This document shows, in pieces, positions 36,588-46,301 of a stretch of DNA of 64,000 bases (positions are counted from its first letter, which is position 1; the number at the start of each line of letters is the position of its first letter). The stretch lies in the IMG/VR virus record IMGVR_UViG_3300045988_102744. One strand, 5' to 3'. The stretch comes from a virus. The position numbers and the translations under genes are program-made. The notes under the pieces are model-generated. The model saw nothing but the letters and a program-made list of their open reading frames with translations. It was not told the origin of the DNA and did no database searches.

Positions 36588-37154
36588 CTATTTCAACCTA
36601 CCGTAGCTCATGTCGGGATCACACCAGACATACCCGTCTTTCTCATCATGAAGATACTCAGGACATCCTCTGCATGCGCTACTGCCTGACACTATTTGAT
36701 TGTTTTTGTTAGGGCACTTATCTCCAGGCTTATGCCATTCTATTCTCGAACCTGATCGCTCTTTGTTTACATGACAGAACTGAAAGATTTTCCCCATCGT
36801 CTTCTCTCCGAACATACCTATATGTGTGTACTCTTCCGGTATAGAGAGAAATTCAGATAAATCTTTATACATCCTTTCCCGTTCCTCCGGCGTAGACCAT
36901 AGTCTGTCAAGTTCGGCATGGACTCTTATCTTAAGAGACCTCAGTGATGGCCCCGCAAGCCGGCCTTTAGCTTTTCCCTTATTCGGCCCTGATTCATGAA
37001 CACCGACATAAGCATTGCATGGTTTACACATCATAACCATCCCTAATCCTTTTCTGTTATATATTTTATCGGCATTGACCAGCTCGGTTTCTTTTCCGCA
37101 ATAAGGACAAATTTCGCCTCTTAAAACCCGTTGTTGGCGCTCATTAAGTTCCAT
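36588..37154 (-). CDS. zinc-ribbon protein (CPYCG...CKPCNAYVGVH; second Cys cluster CRGCPEY...WCD)
   Basis: ORF track; Cys pairs. Confidence 0.55.
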   Translation of the reverse strand: MELNERQQRVLRGEICPYCGKETELVNADKIYNRKGLGMVMMCKPCNAYVGVHESGPNKGKAKGRLAGPSLRSLKIRVHAELDRLWSTPEERERMYKDLSEFLSIPEEYTHIGMFGEKTMGKIFQFCHVNKERSGSRIEWHKPGDKCPNKNNQIVSGSSACRGCPEYLHDEKDGYVWCDPDMSYGRLK

Positions 37155-37396
37155 ACCCTATTCTTTTGTTTTTCTTTAAACTTTTCATACAAACTGCTTT
37201 CAGTTTCCATTTCCGAAATCTCTACCTCTACGTCCTCTCTTTTGAAAATTACTTTCTTGGCTGTCGGATATGCACATTTAGAGATACGAATAGCATTACG
37301 AATAGCGTAAACAAAATACGTTTCTGGTGACGATTCGATCACCACTACCTCATTTAAAGTGTTTTTGTAATTTTCCATATTATCTGCTTGCTTCAA
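37121..37396 (-). CDS. hypothetical 91-aa protein
   Basis: ORF track. Confidence 0.45.
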   Translation of the reverse strand: MKQADNMENYKNTLNEVVVIESSPETYFVYAIRNAIRISKCAYPTAKKVIFKREDVEVEISEMETESSLYEKFKEKQKNRVWNLMSANNGF

Positions 37397-37733
37397 TTAC
37401 ACACCCTGGATTATCTTCACATGCCTCTTTGTATTCGATAAGAAACTTAAGAAATGAATCATAAGACCCCCATCCGTTTTCTGGTTCGTATCTCAAAAGA
37501 CTCTTTCTCTTGGAGATCATAATATATATACCTTTTGTGAGTATCTTCACCATCTCCTTAGTATCTATTTCCCTGCCCAATTCTTCCGGTCTCCAAACAT
37601 AATCGTATAGTGTTTCTTTGTTTTCTGATACGAATATTTTTTGTGCCATCTTGTTCATGTTGTGGGTGATGTTTGCAACCCATTTACGATCCTCTTCTTT
37701 CTTCTTGCTCTTAATATAAACGTCCAGGCTCAT
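37380..37733 (-). CDS. hypothetical 117-aa protein
   Basis: ORF track. Confidence 0.5.
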   Translation of the reverse strand: MSLDVYIKSKKKEEDRKWVANITHNMNKMAQKIFVSENKETLYDYVWRPEELGREIDTKEMVKILTKGIYIMISKRKSLLRYEPENGWGSYDSFLKFLIEYKEACEDNPGCVIEASR

Positions 37734-38724
37734 AATATTTCTCTTTTACTTTGTTATTAATTATCAAATCTGCCACATCATCTCCGTCCCCTACATTCTC
37801 AACACTCTGAAGATAGTCCGATACTTTTATCCTTGACTTCATCATCATCCCATCTATCTTTTTACTCCATGTGTCAAATGCTTGTCCTTTGTCCGGAAAA
37901 GCTACAGTCTTTCTATCTTTTAAAACATCTATCACTTCCGGTCTTAAGTTCTGCAACCCACCGGTAGCTACAAATAACTCATCCGGTTTATTCACGGCGC
38001 ATATAATAGCCGTCTTCTCTGACTCCACCAAATTAACTACCTTATCCGGATACTGGCTTAAAAGATGCTCTCCGAACAGGCATTGTCTAAACAAGAAGTC
38101 TCTTGCATGCAACGAGTGATAAAACATGACATGAGGTCGCTCATTGTCACCGTCTTTTTCCTTCACTCTTTTTACATCAATCTCATTCCCCTGGCTGTCG
38201 GTCTTTATATAAAAGTCCATGATCTTGCCGGTTCTACATACAAAATCTTTGTCTATCTGCCAGAATATACAACACCCTTTCCATCCCCATAAGTCCATTG
38301 TTCCGACATGATACCTCCTGAATACATCAGATACCCTTTCTTTTCCCCATAGAGACGATAAAAATCTAAATACGGTGTTTCTGTCGTCTGGAACCACAGT
38401 CCTCTCAAACTCGCTAAAAGGTATGTAATTTACAACGTCAGGATTTACAGGAGGACGATAAGCTCTTATACACTTGTTTCCCGAAATCCAAAGATCTTTG
38501 TCACCTACATCCTTACCAGTAGGTCGTTTATCGTAACCGCAAGTCCGTTCATGATCGCATCTTCCGAACTCGTTGCCAACAACCTGACCTGTTGCCACAT
38601 CAATATAAGGAGTGAGGCACCGGCTTTTTCCGCAAGCCGGGCAGGTTAGCTTCAGCCGGCTCCTTCCGGGCCTGCGGTCAAGTTGAAACCGGGGTACGTT
38701 TTCGTATCTTCTGAAATCAAGCAT
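37711..38724 (-). CDS. putative DNA primase (N-terminal zinc finger plus TOPRIM-like core)
   Basis: CPACGKSRC...CDHERTCG zinc-binding cluster; VESEKTAIICA (TOPRIM Glu) and FPDKGQAFD acidic motif; sits beside the DnaB-like helicase. Confidence 0.6.
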   Translation of the reverse strand: MLDFRRYENVPRFQLDRRPGRSRLKLTCPACGKSRCLTPYIDVATGQVVGNEFGRCDHERTCGYDKRPTGKDVGDKDLWISGNKCIRAYRPPVNPDVVNYIPFSEFERTVVPDDRNTVFRFLSSLWGKERVSDVFRRYHVGTMDLWGWKGCCIFWQIDKDFVCRTGKIMDFYIKTDSQGNEIDVKRVKEKDGDNERPHVMFYHSLHARDFLFRQCLFGEHLLSQYPDKVVNLVESEKTAIICAVNKPDELFVATGGLQNLRPEVIDVLKDRKTVAFPDKGQAFDTWSKKIDGMMMKSRIKVSDYLQSVENVGDGDDVADLIINNKVKEKYYEPGRLY

Positions 38725-39067
38725 TTTTAACTCCTCTCATTGCTTCTATGATTCTATCCGCTATAGTTATAGACCATGACACCACATCTGGTATATATAC
38801 TCCGCAATCTATTTCTCCTTTTCTATCTTGCATTTTAATGAACTCAATAGAATAAGCCTTAACAAGATCGAATCTACGTTGTTCCCAGTCTACATCTTTG
38901 TTCTCATCATCCACAGGAAGGGTATCGAGATAATAATTTAAACTCTCATTTATCACACTTCCGTTGCTGTCATAGAATTGTATTTGGTCATAGTCGCTTC
39001 TTATAGTTGAACCACTGAAGGTGATTACGTCTATTATCTCCCCGGTTCTTCTAATTTTTCTTTTCAT
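38717..39067 (-). CDS. hypothetical 116-aa protein
   Basis: ORF track. Confidence 0.5.
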   Translation of the reverse strand: MKRKIRRTGEIIDVITFSGSTIRSDYDQIQFYDSNGSVINESLNYYLDTLPVDDENKDVDWEQRRFDLVKAYSIEFIKMQDRKGEIDCGVYIPDVVSWSITIADRIIEAMRGVKNA

Positions 39068-39297
39068 ACTATTCTTGTGTTTCTAACCAGTATAGGCATT
39101 GTCACATTAACAGTCTTGCCATATTTCTCGTAAGATGTGAGTATGCATATTGCATACTTATCCCCTATTTTCAAATCTTTCGATAATCTTAATCTTGAAC
39201 CCCTTTTGATGTTAATAAAACAATTACCAAAAGGATTGATACATATCGGTTTTACGATTTCCACATAATCTCCTTTAGGAATAACAATATCACTCAT
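39064..39297 (-). CDS. hypothetical 77-aa protein
   Basis: ORF track. Confidence 0.45.
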   Translation of the reverse strand: MSDIVIPKGDYVEIVKPICINPFGNCFINIKRGSRLRLSKDLKIGDKYAICILTSYEKYGKTVNVTMPILVRNTRIV

Positions 39298-40622
39298 ATT
39301 ACGAATCTTTTAGACATTTCCTCAGCAATATCATATACGACAATATGATCCTCTTCATTGTACGGCTTATTGATATTCAGCACTCCTTTTCTCACTTTAA
39401 ACTTCTTATCTTTTCTAAGGTGATTCAACATACCTTGTTGGAACACACAGTCCGCCTTTTCAAGTGCTACACTGTCTTCTGTCCATTCTTTCAGCGTATA
39501 TCCTTTACTGCTCGTGCTTTTTGGAGAAAAGTTCATAATACGTGCATCAATGCCATACCATGCTTTAACCATTCTTCTTTCAGCTTCCAATTGGAATGCA
39601 TATGATTCCCATATTCCTCCCGATTTAAAGTCAAGAATGACCACTTCTTCTTTTTCCACTTCTCTTACTTCCTTCTTCGGATCACCTTTTTTGAACTGTC
39701 CGGTAGCCCTTTGATACACGGCTCCAAAATAACCTTCTTCTTTGTATTTGAATGTCATTTTAACCATCGCATCAATAGGTGTTGCTACAAGGTAATCCTC
39801 TAAAGAAAGGATTCTTTCTATCATCATCGGTTTCACCTTGTAATCAGAACAGAATTTGGCAAACTTCATGACCCTGACAATCATATCGTCAAGATCATCT
39901 ATGCTATTAAAGAACCGATCAAGATTTTTCTTAGATATCTTCAGCTTGCCTTCTTGCACTGTCTTAACCACAAAGCTTCGATTTAAGACCATATCTCTAC
40001 CTGTTAGGTACAATCCGTATAAGTAGTGCATGATCGTTCCCTTATCGGCTTCATACTGCGCTACCTCTTCTGGATTGCGACCAAGCATCTTTATCTCTTG
40101 CTTCCATTCCTGAAGTGCTGTCTTATCATCTACATACCCATCTTTGATTAAAGTTGTTACCGAAGCATATATCTTAGCCGTCCCATCATCCATCTTTCTT
40201 ACATAAAAACGATTATCGTCTAATGTCAATCTTACGAATTTGGGGGTCTCAATCTTCTTTAACTCATCACAGATATAAAACGGCTCTAATGTTTCCTGAT
40301 TTTCTGTAAACGGATTCGAATCTTCTTCTCCAGGGTTAGGAGCGGCTTCCTCCGCCTGAGCTTCCGGTTCCTCCTTCTGGACCGGCTCTGGCTCAGGCGC
40401 CGGCTCTTCAACTACTGGAACCTGTCCGCCTCTTTCTGCTATGTCTCTGTTCTTTATTAAAGACATAACCTCCTTCTTCAACTGCTCTGGTGTTTGGTTA
40501 GGATCTGATACTGACATCACAACGTCGTTCATTCTAAACAACGTATTTCCTTCTCCTTCCACCATAGGTACAAACCCTAAATCTATTAATATTTTAATCT
40601 TTTCTTCTATCATACCTATCAA
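39294..40622 (-). CDS. putative RecB-family PD-(D/E)XK nuclease with Pro/Glu-rich linker
   Basis: IYASVTTLI, GTIMHYLYG, VVILDFKSGG (DYKTG-like), QLEAE blocks; low-complexity PEPEPVQKEEPEAQAEE linker. Confidence 0.55.
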   Translation of the reverse strand: MIGMIEEKIKILIDLGFVPMVEGEGNTLFRMNDVVMSVSDPNQTPEQLKKEVMSLIKNRDIAERGGQVPVVEEPAPEPEPVQKEEPEAQAEEAAPNPGEEDSNPFTENQETLEPFYICDELKKIETPKFVRLTLDDNRFYVRKMDDGTAKIYASVTTLIKDGYVDDKTALQEWKQEIKMLGRNPEEVAQYEADKGTIMHYLYGLYLTGRDMVLNRSFVVKTVQEGKLKISKKNLDRFFNSIDDLDDMIVRVMKFAKFCSDYKVKPMMIERILSLEDYLVATPIDAMVKMTFKYKEEGYFGAVYQRATGQFKKGDPKKEVREVEKEEVVILDFKSGGIWESYAFQLEAERRMVKAWYGIDARIMNFSPKSTSSKGYTLKEWTEDSVALEKADCVFQQGMLNHLRKDKKFKVRKGVLNINKPYNEEDHIVVYDIAEEMSKRFVI

Positions 40623-41112
40623 TTATTTCAATAATCAACCCACCTCTTTCCTTGATCATTCCTCTGCTTTCCATATCCAGTACCTTCTTTACCGCATACT
40701 TCCACACAAAAGGAAATTCTGTTTCAAGTTTATCAAATTCCATCCGGTCAAGATACATGTCGAATACCGTATGCTCCGATTCATGAAGGAAAACTATATT
40801 ATCCCTGCAAGTAGCAACCGACTTATATATCCTTTTCGGAAGTATGTGACAGACGTTACATACTGTAGGAAAATGAATAGCCTTACCGGTCATAGACATC
40901 CGACTATTATTTAACTCTTCCAGCATAAGACGAAAAAACCCGGATAAATCCGGGCTCTCTAACTTTTTCTTCTTGCTGCTGTTTTTAATGGATGTAATTC
41001 TGTCTTTTTTCTTCGGAGTCAACTCTTTACTCCTGCAAGCCTGGCATAAGCCATGACTTCTTATCATCACTTTTCGTCCGCATCTTTCGCAGACGTACAA
41101 TTTCTTTTCCAC
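40594..41112 (-). CDS. zinc-ribbon protein (CERCGRK...CQAC)
   Basis: ORF track. Confidence 0.5.
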   Translation of the reverse strand: MEKKLYVCERCGRKVMIRSHGLCQACRSKELTPKKKDRITSIKNSSKKKKLESPDLSGFFRLMLEELNNSRMSMTGKAIHFPTVCNVCHILPKRIYKSVATCRDNIVFLHESEHTVFDMYLDRMEFDKLETEFPFVWKYAVKKVLDMESRGMIKERGGLIIEIIDRYDRRKD

Positions 41113-41297
41113 TCTCTATATTTCAATACAAGTGATATAATTGAAAAGGATACTGCCGTTAAAGATAACGTATATGGTAAGTTCATTAACCATCTCGGTA
41201 CTTCTTCGGTCTTAATCACTATCAGCAAAGTAGCACCTGCTACTACCAATAATACAATTGCCGTCGCAAGTGCTACACGGGAAACAACATCACTCAT
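41067..41297 (-). CDS. possible small two-TM membrane protein (overlaps both neighbours; doubtful)
   Basis: ORF track; two hydrophobic helices; 45-nt and 8-nt overlaps. Confidence 0.25.
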   Translation of the reverse strand: MSDVVSRVALATAIVLLVVAGATLLIVIKTEEVPRWLMNLPYTLSLTAVSFSIISLVLKYREWKRNCTSAKDADEK

Positions 41298-41760
41298 CAG
41301 TTTTCTTTTCTCCCAATTTTTCTACACCTTTTTGCAGATCGTATTTAAACACTTCAATGATCTTTGTTTCAGCAATAGACTCGCAATTCCAGTCTCCCAA
41401 CGTACCCTGCATACCTTTAGTCAACACAGCTTCGGCGTCTTTAGGATTGCCGGCTTGGACATACATATAGCATGGCGTTTTCTTTTCTTTACCTTTCTTT
41501 TCATTCAGTGTAATGTAATTCACCTTGCACTTATACCAGTACTCAGCTTCTCCGTTGAAAAAGATTTCTGACACTTTAATAGGGTTAATTTTTACAACCT
41601 CGAAAGAATTGTACAAATCCTTAAAGATCTCCGACGATCTTGATTCTGCCTCTGTATAAGACAAGGCATCCACCAAATACTTTTCAGTTATTTTCTTTTT
41701 TTTGCCGTTCTCGATATTATCAATCTCGGCTTTTACCGTAATTTCAAACCAGCGATTCAT
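41290..41760 (-). CDS. hypothetical 156-aa protein
   Basis: ORF track. Confidence 0.5.
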   Translation of the reverse strand: MNRWFEITVKAEIDNIENGKKKKITEKYLVDALSYTEAESRSSEIFKDLYNSFEVVKINPIKVSEIFFNGEAEYWYKCKVNYITLNEKKGKEKKTPCYMYVQAGNPKDAEAVLTKGMQGTLGDWNCESIAETKIIEVFKYDLQKGVEKLGEKKTDE

Positions 41761-41771
41761 TGTATTAATAT

Positions 41772-42080
41772 TTAATTAGTTGATTTCTTTCCTTTCTCTA
41801 TACTATTTTTAAATCTTTCAGAACACCACTGCAAAACGTCCATCATCATCATCTCATTATTAGATAAGATACCTTTTATAACTAACGCCAATTGATGCTG
41901 TGACATTCTTTGGCTCATATCAAATCTTCTTTCCTCTTCATTTACTATCGTAGCCACGAAATACTTACACCCCTCTAAGTGCGTCAGGGCTTCAATCATA
42001 GCTTCTTTTATCTCTTTTTCTTCCATTATGTTTGTTTTTTTTGGGCAAAGATATGTCTTTTGATAATAAAAAAGATTCAA
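41772..42080 (-). CDS. hypothetical 102-aa protein
   Basis: ORF track. Confidence 0.5.
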   Translation of the reverse strand: MNLFYYQKTYLCPKKTNIMEEKEIKEAMIEALTHLEGCKYFVATIVNEEERRFDMSQRMSQHQLALVIKGILSNNEMMMMDVLQWCSERFKNSIEKGKKSTN

Positions 42081-42100
42081 AATGATTTAATTTAGCTTAA

Positions 42101-42769
42101 TTACTGCTCTTTTGATTCGTCCGGTATAGGCATGTCAAACTTTTTTCTGATAAACGACTCTGTTTCTTCATTGAATGGATAGGCTTCCTTAATAAAATTC
42201 ATAGCTACCTCCATATCACCGTCTGCTATATCTTTATACCTTTCAAAGATACCAACCAGGTCATTGTTATATGAACGCTCTTGTTTTATGTTGTACACGC
42301 ATTTCAACACCCTGTCTTTAATTTTATTGGCTTTTTTCACGGTGTCATTGAAGGTATTTATACTTGTCAATTCAGGGTTTTTATTTTTCTCATCTATCTT
42401 ACCAAACTCTTCCTTGCTATATCCTGTTTCTCCTTTAACAGCCGGGCAAACACCCTCCTTCATGATCCAAAACTGTTCATACGATCCTGCCAGATATCTC
42501 GATTCTGTTTTAAATGCATTATACTTGACAAGCAAATTAGCCACCTCAGTTGCACCTTCTATGGTTCTAAAACCGATGCCGATATCTTTTAACATAAATA
42601 CCGGAACTCCAGTTCTTGGATACACGACTTCTTTTTTGTTCTTTATATTCCAGTTTTTAGCTTCAATTGGAATACCTTTATTAGCAAGCTCTTTGTCTAT
42701 ATACAGACTTATGTCTTCGTCTGTCAATGCCACAATCTCATCTCTGCTTAAATCAAAAACTGTTTTCAT
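42101..42769 (-). CDS. hypothetical 222-aa protein
   Basis: ORF track. Confidence 0.55.
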   Translation of the reverse strand: MKTVFDLSRDEIVALTDEDISLYIDKELANKGIPIEAKNWNIKNKKEVVYPRTGVPVFMLKDIGIGFRTIEGATEVANLLVKYNAFKTESRYLAGSYEQFWIMKEGVCPAVKGETGYSKEEFGKIDEKNKNPELTSINTFNDTVKKANKIKDRVLKCVYNIKQERSYNNDLVGIFERYKDIADGDMEVAMNFIKEAYPFNEETESFIRKKFDMPIPDESKEQ

Positions 42770-42969
42770 TTTTCTTTATTTATTAAATTAAACAACTTAC
42801 TTCTTTGTTCAGGCTCCGTATATTCTACCCATATATCGGCCGCCACATTTCTGAGAAATTCCATAAAGTCTTGATGATCCCTGTATTCAGCAGAATCAAC
42901 TTTTCTCACAAAACTTAGAATTTCCTTTAACATCTTATTGTTTTCTTCAAGAAGTTCTCTGTCGGTCAT
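42766..42969 (-). CDS. hypothetical 67-aa protein
   Basis: ORF track; ATGA overlap. Confidence 0.45.
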   Translation of the reverse strand: MTDRELLEENNKMLKEILSFVRKVDSAEYRDHQDFMEFLRNVAADIWVEYTEPEQRSKLFNLINKEK

Positions 42970-42988
42970 AACCTTTCATATTTTCTTC

Positions 42989-43399
42989 TTAACTCATTTT
43001 TACCCATTTGGCATTATCAGGTATTAAATCCTTAAATTCTTCTGGGATTTTCCCTTGATGCCACCAATCATTGGAAATGATTTTTCTCCCATCATTTGAA
43101 ATAGCCTCCATCATTCTTCCTCCCATACCCATGAATCTTCGTGTTTTGTTGTTTGTATTGGGAACAAACGGATTAGCTATCCATGATTCTCCATCTATAA
43201 TCAACCAATTGGGATTATTCTTATTCTCTTCATATAGTCTGATCCAAAACGCACAAGAATAGCAAACTCCATCTCGTTCCATAATAGACCGTATAGGACA
43301 TTTGCAAAAATGTTCGGGATTCATGCTATGTATATTATTTTGCCCCGACCCATCTTCGCAGCCGCATTTGGGACATATTTTCTTCTTTTCGCTTTCCAT
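42989..43399 (-). CDS. zinc-ribbon protein, paralogue of 19970..20458
   Basis: CPKCGC...ERDGVCYSCAFW...IDGESW...GMGGR...FKDLIPDNAKW shared with the 162-aa protein. Confidence 0.6.
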   Translation of the reverse strand: MESEKKKICPKCGCEDGSGQNNIHSMNPEHFCKCPIRSIMERDGVCYSCAFWIRLYEENKNNPNWLIIDGESWIANPFVPNTNNKTRRFMGMGGRMMEAISNDGRKIISNDWWHQGKIPEEFKDLIPDNAKWVKMS

Positions 43400-43415
43400 A
43401 TTGTTTATCTTGTTT

Positions 43416-43745
43416 TTAAGGTATCAAATCTTCAACATATGCCCAGCGCATATAATGATTCTTTTCCGAAAGTTCTTCCCATGGCTTGCTCTTGGTTGAA
43501 TAGACCAAATCATAAGCACCGTCAATATCCTCCACAATGAGCAGCTTCCCTTTGTCTGGCTTTTCTCTTGCATCGTACCACACGCTGTTAATGCGCCATT
43601 CTGCACCCGCCATGAAGTCTTCACAGCAATTATCCTTGCGTAGAACATAATCGTCTGCATCCACTTCTTTAAGAACGTTTCGCCGAAAATGTGTTTTACC
43701 TATGGAATAATCTTTTGCTGCTTTTTCAATATCTTCTCGTTTCAT
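43416..43745 (-). CDS. hypothetical 109-aa protein
   Basis: ORF track. Confidence 0.5.
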   Translation of the reverse strand: MKREDIEKAAKDYSIGKTHFRRNVLKEVDADDYVLRKDNCCEDFMAGAEWRINSVWYDAREKPDKGKLLIVEDIDGAYDLVYSTKSKPWEELSEKNHYMRWAYVEDLIP

Positions 43746-43813
43746 TTCTTTTTTTTAGTTTGGAGCTATCCTGAGAATTAGTTAGGACAGCATCATTATT
43801 ACTTTTTGTGTTA

Positions 43814-44152
43814 TTAATTAATCCGATTCCCTAATTTTAAAATAAAAACTTCATTATCCGGTGCACCCCATTCCGAGTGACCTTTGCCAATAGAAATGCC
43901 ATTCAATTTAAATAACATGGTTCGTTTTGTATATCCGTAACGAAAACGGACAGCATCATAATATTTAAGGGATGGTTTGCAACAATACTTGCACTTTTCT
44001 GGAATATAGATTTTGCAATCCGTGTTTTTATCGTAGCAAGCATAAAATCTTTTGGCCCAATAACTGTTATGTTCCCGATACTCCTCCTTTTTCTTGCCAG
44101 ATTCTATCATATTGTACCAAATGGCTTTTAATGGTAAATCAAGTATATTCAT
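43814..44152 (-). CDS. ASCH/PUA-like domain protein
   Basis: N-terminal LDLPLKAIWYNMIESGKKKEEYRE fits ASCH h-x-SGKK-x-E-x-R pattern. Confidence 0.45.
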   Translation of the reverse strand: MNILDLPLKAIWYNMIESGKKKEEYREHNSYWAKRFYACYDKNTDCKIYIPEKCKYCCKPSLKYYDAVRFRYGYTKRTMLFKLNGISIGKGHSEWGAPDNEVFILKLGNRIN

Positions 44153-44165
44153 ATCTTTTTAAATT

Positions 44166-44585
44166 TTACAGTATAGATTGAACATATTCCAAATATTCTT
44201 GAGCTTGTTCAAGGGATTCGAATTGAGATGTCTCTTCGTTATATAAAGGAGCATAGTTGGCTTGTTTCAATAAATTGTCGTAAAACATATTGATGAATAT
44301 TTTTAATAGATCGGCTGTATTATTCACTGTTCCCATTGTTACTCCATGACATCCATCTCCCATATTTACATATTCGTTACTAAAAGACATCCCACCTTTT
44401 ATACCATATCGAATTTGAGCGATGTATATGCGTTCGAAATGTACTTCAAACCAAAGATTATGTTCTGATTTTTCATATTCTTTGATTGATAAGCAGAATA
44501 TGCCAAAAACAAATTTCAACTCTTCTTTTGTAATTCCTGCCGGATTTTTTGTCAATATTTCTTTAACTTGTTCTTTCGTTATCAT
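44166..44585 (-). CDS. hypothetical 139-aa protein
   Basis: ORF track. Confidence 0.5.
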   Translation of the reverse strand: MITKEQVKEILTKNPAGITKEELKFVFGIFCLSIKEYEKSEHNLWFEVHFERIYIAQIRYGIKGGMSFSNEYVNMGDGCHGVTMGTVNNTADLLKIFINMFYDNLLKQANYAPLYNEETSQFESLEQAQEYLEYVQSIL

Positions 44586-44606
44586 GATTCGATATTTTTT
44601 ATATTA

Positions 44607-44876
44607 TTACCAATCTCCACCATCATTTAATATGCCATCAATAATAGTTACACTATTTTCAATATTGCTGCCTCCATATTGCGTAAATTCCGGTGTAGGA
44701 TTATAGTTTGTATCTCCATGCATCATTACATGTAATGTTCCGCTTGCTAAATATATCCATAATCGTTTTCCATCTTTCTTCCATTTTTTGGCAAGCCTCT
44801 TAAATGAATCAATTAGCTTGCATTCTTCTTCTGTGCATTCTATTCCGGCTCTTGTTTCGTACTTACTTATATCTCT
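44607..44876 (-). CDS. protein-like open frame without start codon, in-frame continuation of 44877..45623 past its TAA (…RDISKYETRAGIECTEEECKLIDSFKRLAKKW…GGDW)
   Basis: 89 sense codons after the TAA at 44877-44879 in the same frame; no ATG/GTG/TTG until the last 39 codons; otherwise a 290-nt gap in a tightly packed block. Confidence 0.3.
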   Translation of the reverse strand, partial: RDISKYETRAGIECTEEECKLIDSFKRLAKKWKKDGKRLWIYLASGTLHVMMHGDTNYNPTPEFTQYGGSNIENSVTIIDGILNDGGDW

Positions 44877-45623
44877 TTAGTTGTTAGATAAAAGCAAAAT
44901 CGGTTCATTTGACTCCGCAATTGCTTTTATTTGTTCTGGATTGATAAAACTCTTGACTTGTTCACTTATATTGCAAATAGACTTGATCATATCAACGAAT
45001 AATTTTGAGGTACATTCGTTACATTCCACTTCCATTACCGGTTTATATCTATTGTATGATATGCTCGTTACACAATTCAGCCAGTGCGCATAAGTTTCTT
45101 TTTCTGTATTTAACCTATCGTATTCTACTTTTGTCTCTCCATTTCCATATTCAATTACTCTTTTTAGAAATGGTTTTGCATAAACACTAAAACCGAAAGG
45201 TTGGGTGTTTAAGGCATCTAAACGGGAAGTTCCATCCCTCCATTTTCCATTCTCATCATTTCCTGTCCATTCCTTAGAGGGGTTAGGGACAATATTTCCG
45301 TTTTTGTCATAGGAAAACATGCAATTCGTTTCCAGTTGATACTTAATAACAGGCACTTCTTCTACTATTTTATAACTTAAACATCTCTTCAGAACTTCCC
45401 TGATTTGACTTTCCAAATCAGAAAGTGCTATACTATTGAAATATCCTTCGTTGCCTAATCTGTTTGTAGGTAATGTGATCCCATAAGAATGAATCTTATC
45501 CACATCTTCTTTTGACAAGGTAGTGGTAAACACTCCTTCTTTGGTGACATTCACTTTAACAGTTACAGACAAACTGTTATTAGCGTTCTTTTCCGTTATA
45601 CTTAGTGTTGTTAATGCTGCCAT
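44877..45623 (-). CDS. hypothetical 248-aa protein
   Basis: ORF track. Confidence 0.55.
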   Translation of the reverse strand: MAALTTLSITEKNANNSLSVTVKVNVTKEGVFTTTLSKEDVDKIHSYGITLPTNRLGNEGYFNSIALSDLESQIREVLKRCLSYKIVEEVPVIKYQLETNCMFSYDKNGNIVPNPSKEWTGNDENGKWRDGTSRLDALNTQPFGFSVYAKPFLKRVIEYGNGETKVEYDRLNTEKETYAHWLNCVTSISYNRYKPVMEVECNECTSKLFVDMIKSICNISEQVKSFINPEQIKAIAESNEPILLLSNN

Positions 45624-45641
45624 AATCAGATCTTTTTTAAA

Positions 45642-45893
45642 TCAATTTGAATAAATATAATGCATTCCTGCTTCATATACCTTATGTACATCAGGGTCAT
45701 TCTTGTCTTCCGGTTCCAATTCACTCTCTTCACAAGTATAATCCCATTCAGTATTATAGTACAAATCCTCGTCTGTTTTCTCCAAGGAACAATCTTTCAT
45801 TAGATTCATATTTTCTCCCCAAACTGCAACTTCTTGCTGTTGCTCTTCTTCTGTCATAAGGGATATTTTGTCTTTTAATTCTTTCCAGGTCAT
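45642..45893 (-). CDS. hypothetical 83-aa acidic protein
   Basis: ORF track. Confidence 0.45.
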   Translation of the reverse strand: MTWKELKDKISLMTEEEQQQEVAVWGENMNLMKDCSLEKTDEDLYYNTEWDYTCEESELEPEDKNDPDVHKVYEAGMHYIYSN

Positions 45894-45917
45894 GATTTTT
45901 AAAATATGATTAATAGT

Positions 45918-46301
45918 TTATTCTACATCAAAAAGTTGATCTAACACCAATAATTCGGCATCCATGTCTTCATCTTTCGGGAAACGAACTTTTATATTTC
46001 CAAACTTAGATGTCTTAAACAAGATGTAGGGGTTCATATCTTCGGCAGTCACCGGCTTATACTCCTTAACTTCCGACATCTTGAGATACCAGTCGCCTAT
46101 TTTTACAAATCCGGAGAAGATAGAACACAGATGCGCTTTTACAGACTGTATCTCCTTTTTATCTTTGAAAGGTATAATTTCGTCCTTTCCCCTTATCCTG
46201 ATTGACAGAAAAGGACGAATGTTATCTGTTTCATTTTGAAATTTGAAGCCTGTTATGGCTTGCTTGGGGATTCTTCTTCCCATTAATATAAAATAGCTCA
46301 T
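45918..46301 (-). CDS. hypothetical 127-aa protein
   Basis: ORF track. Confidence 0.5.
   Translation of the reverse strand: MSYFILMGRRIPKQAITGFKFQNETDNIRPFLSIRIRGKDEIIPFKDKKEIQSVKAHLCSIFSGFVKIGDWYLKMSEVKEYKPVTAEDMNPYILFKTSKFGNIKVRFPKDEDMDAELLVLDQLFDVE

Noticed and set aside
41053-41571. 172-aa + strand ORF
   Set aside because: Antisense to two better-looking minus-strand ORFs; junk-like composition
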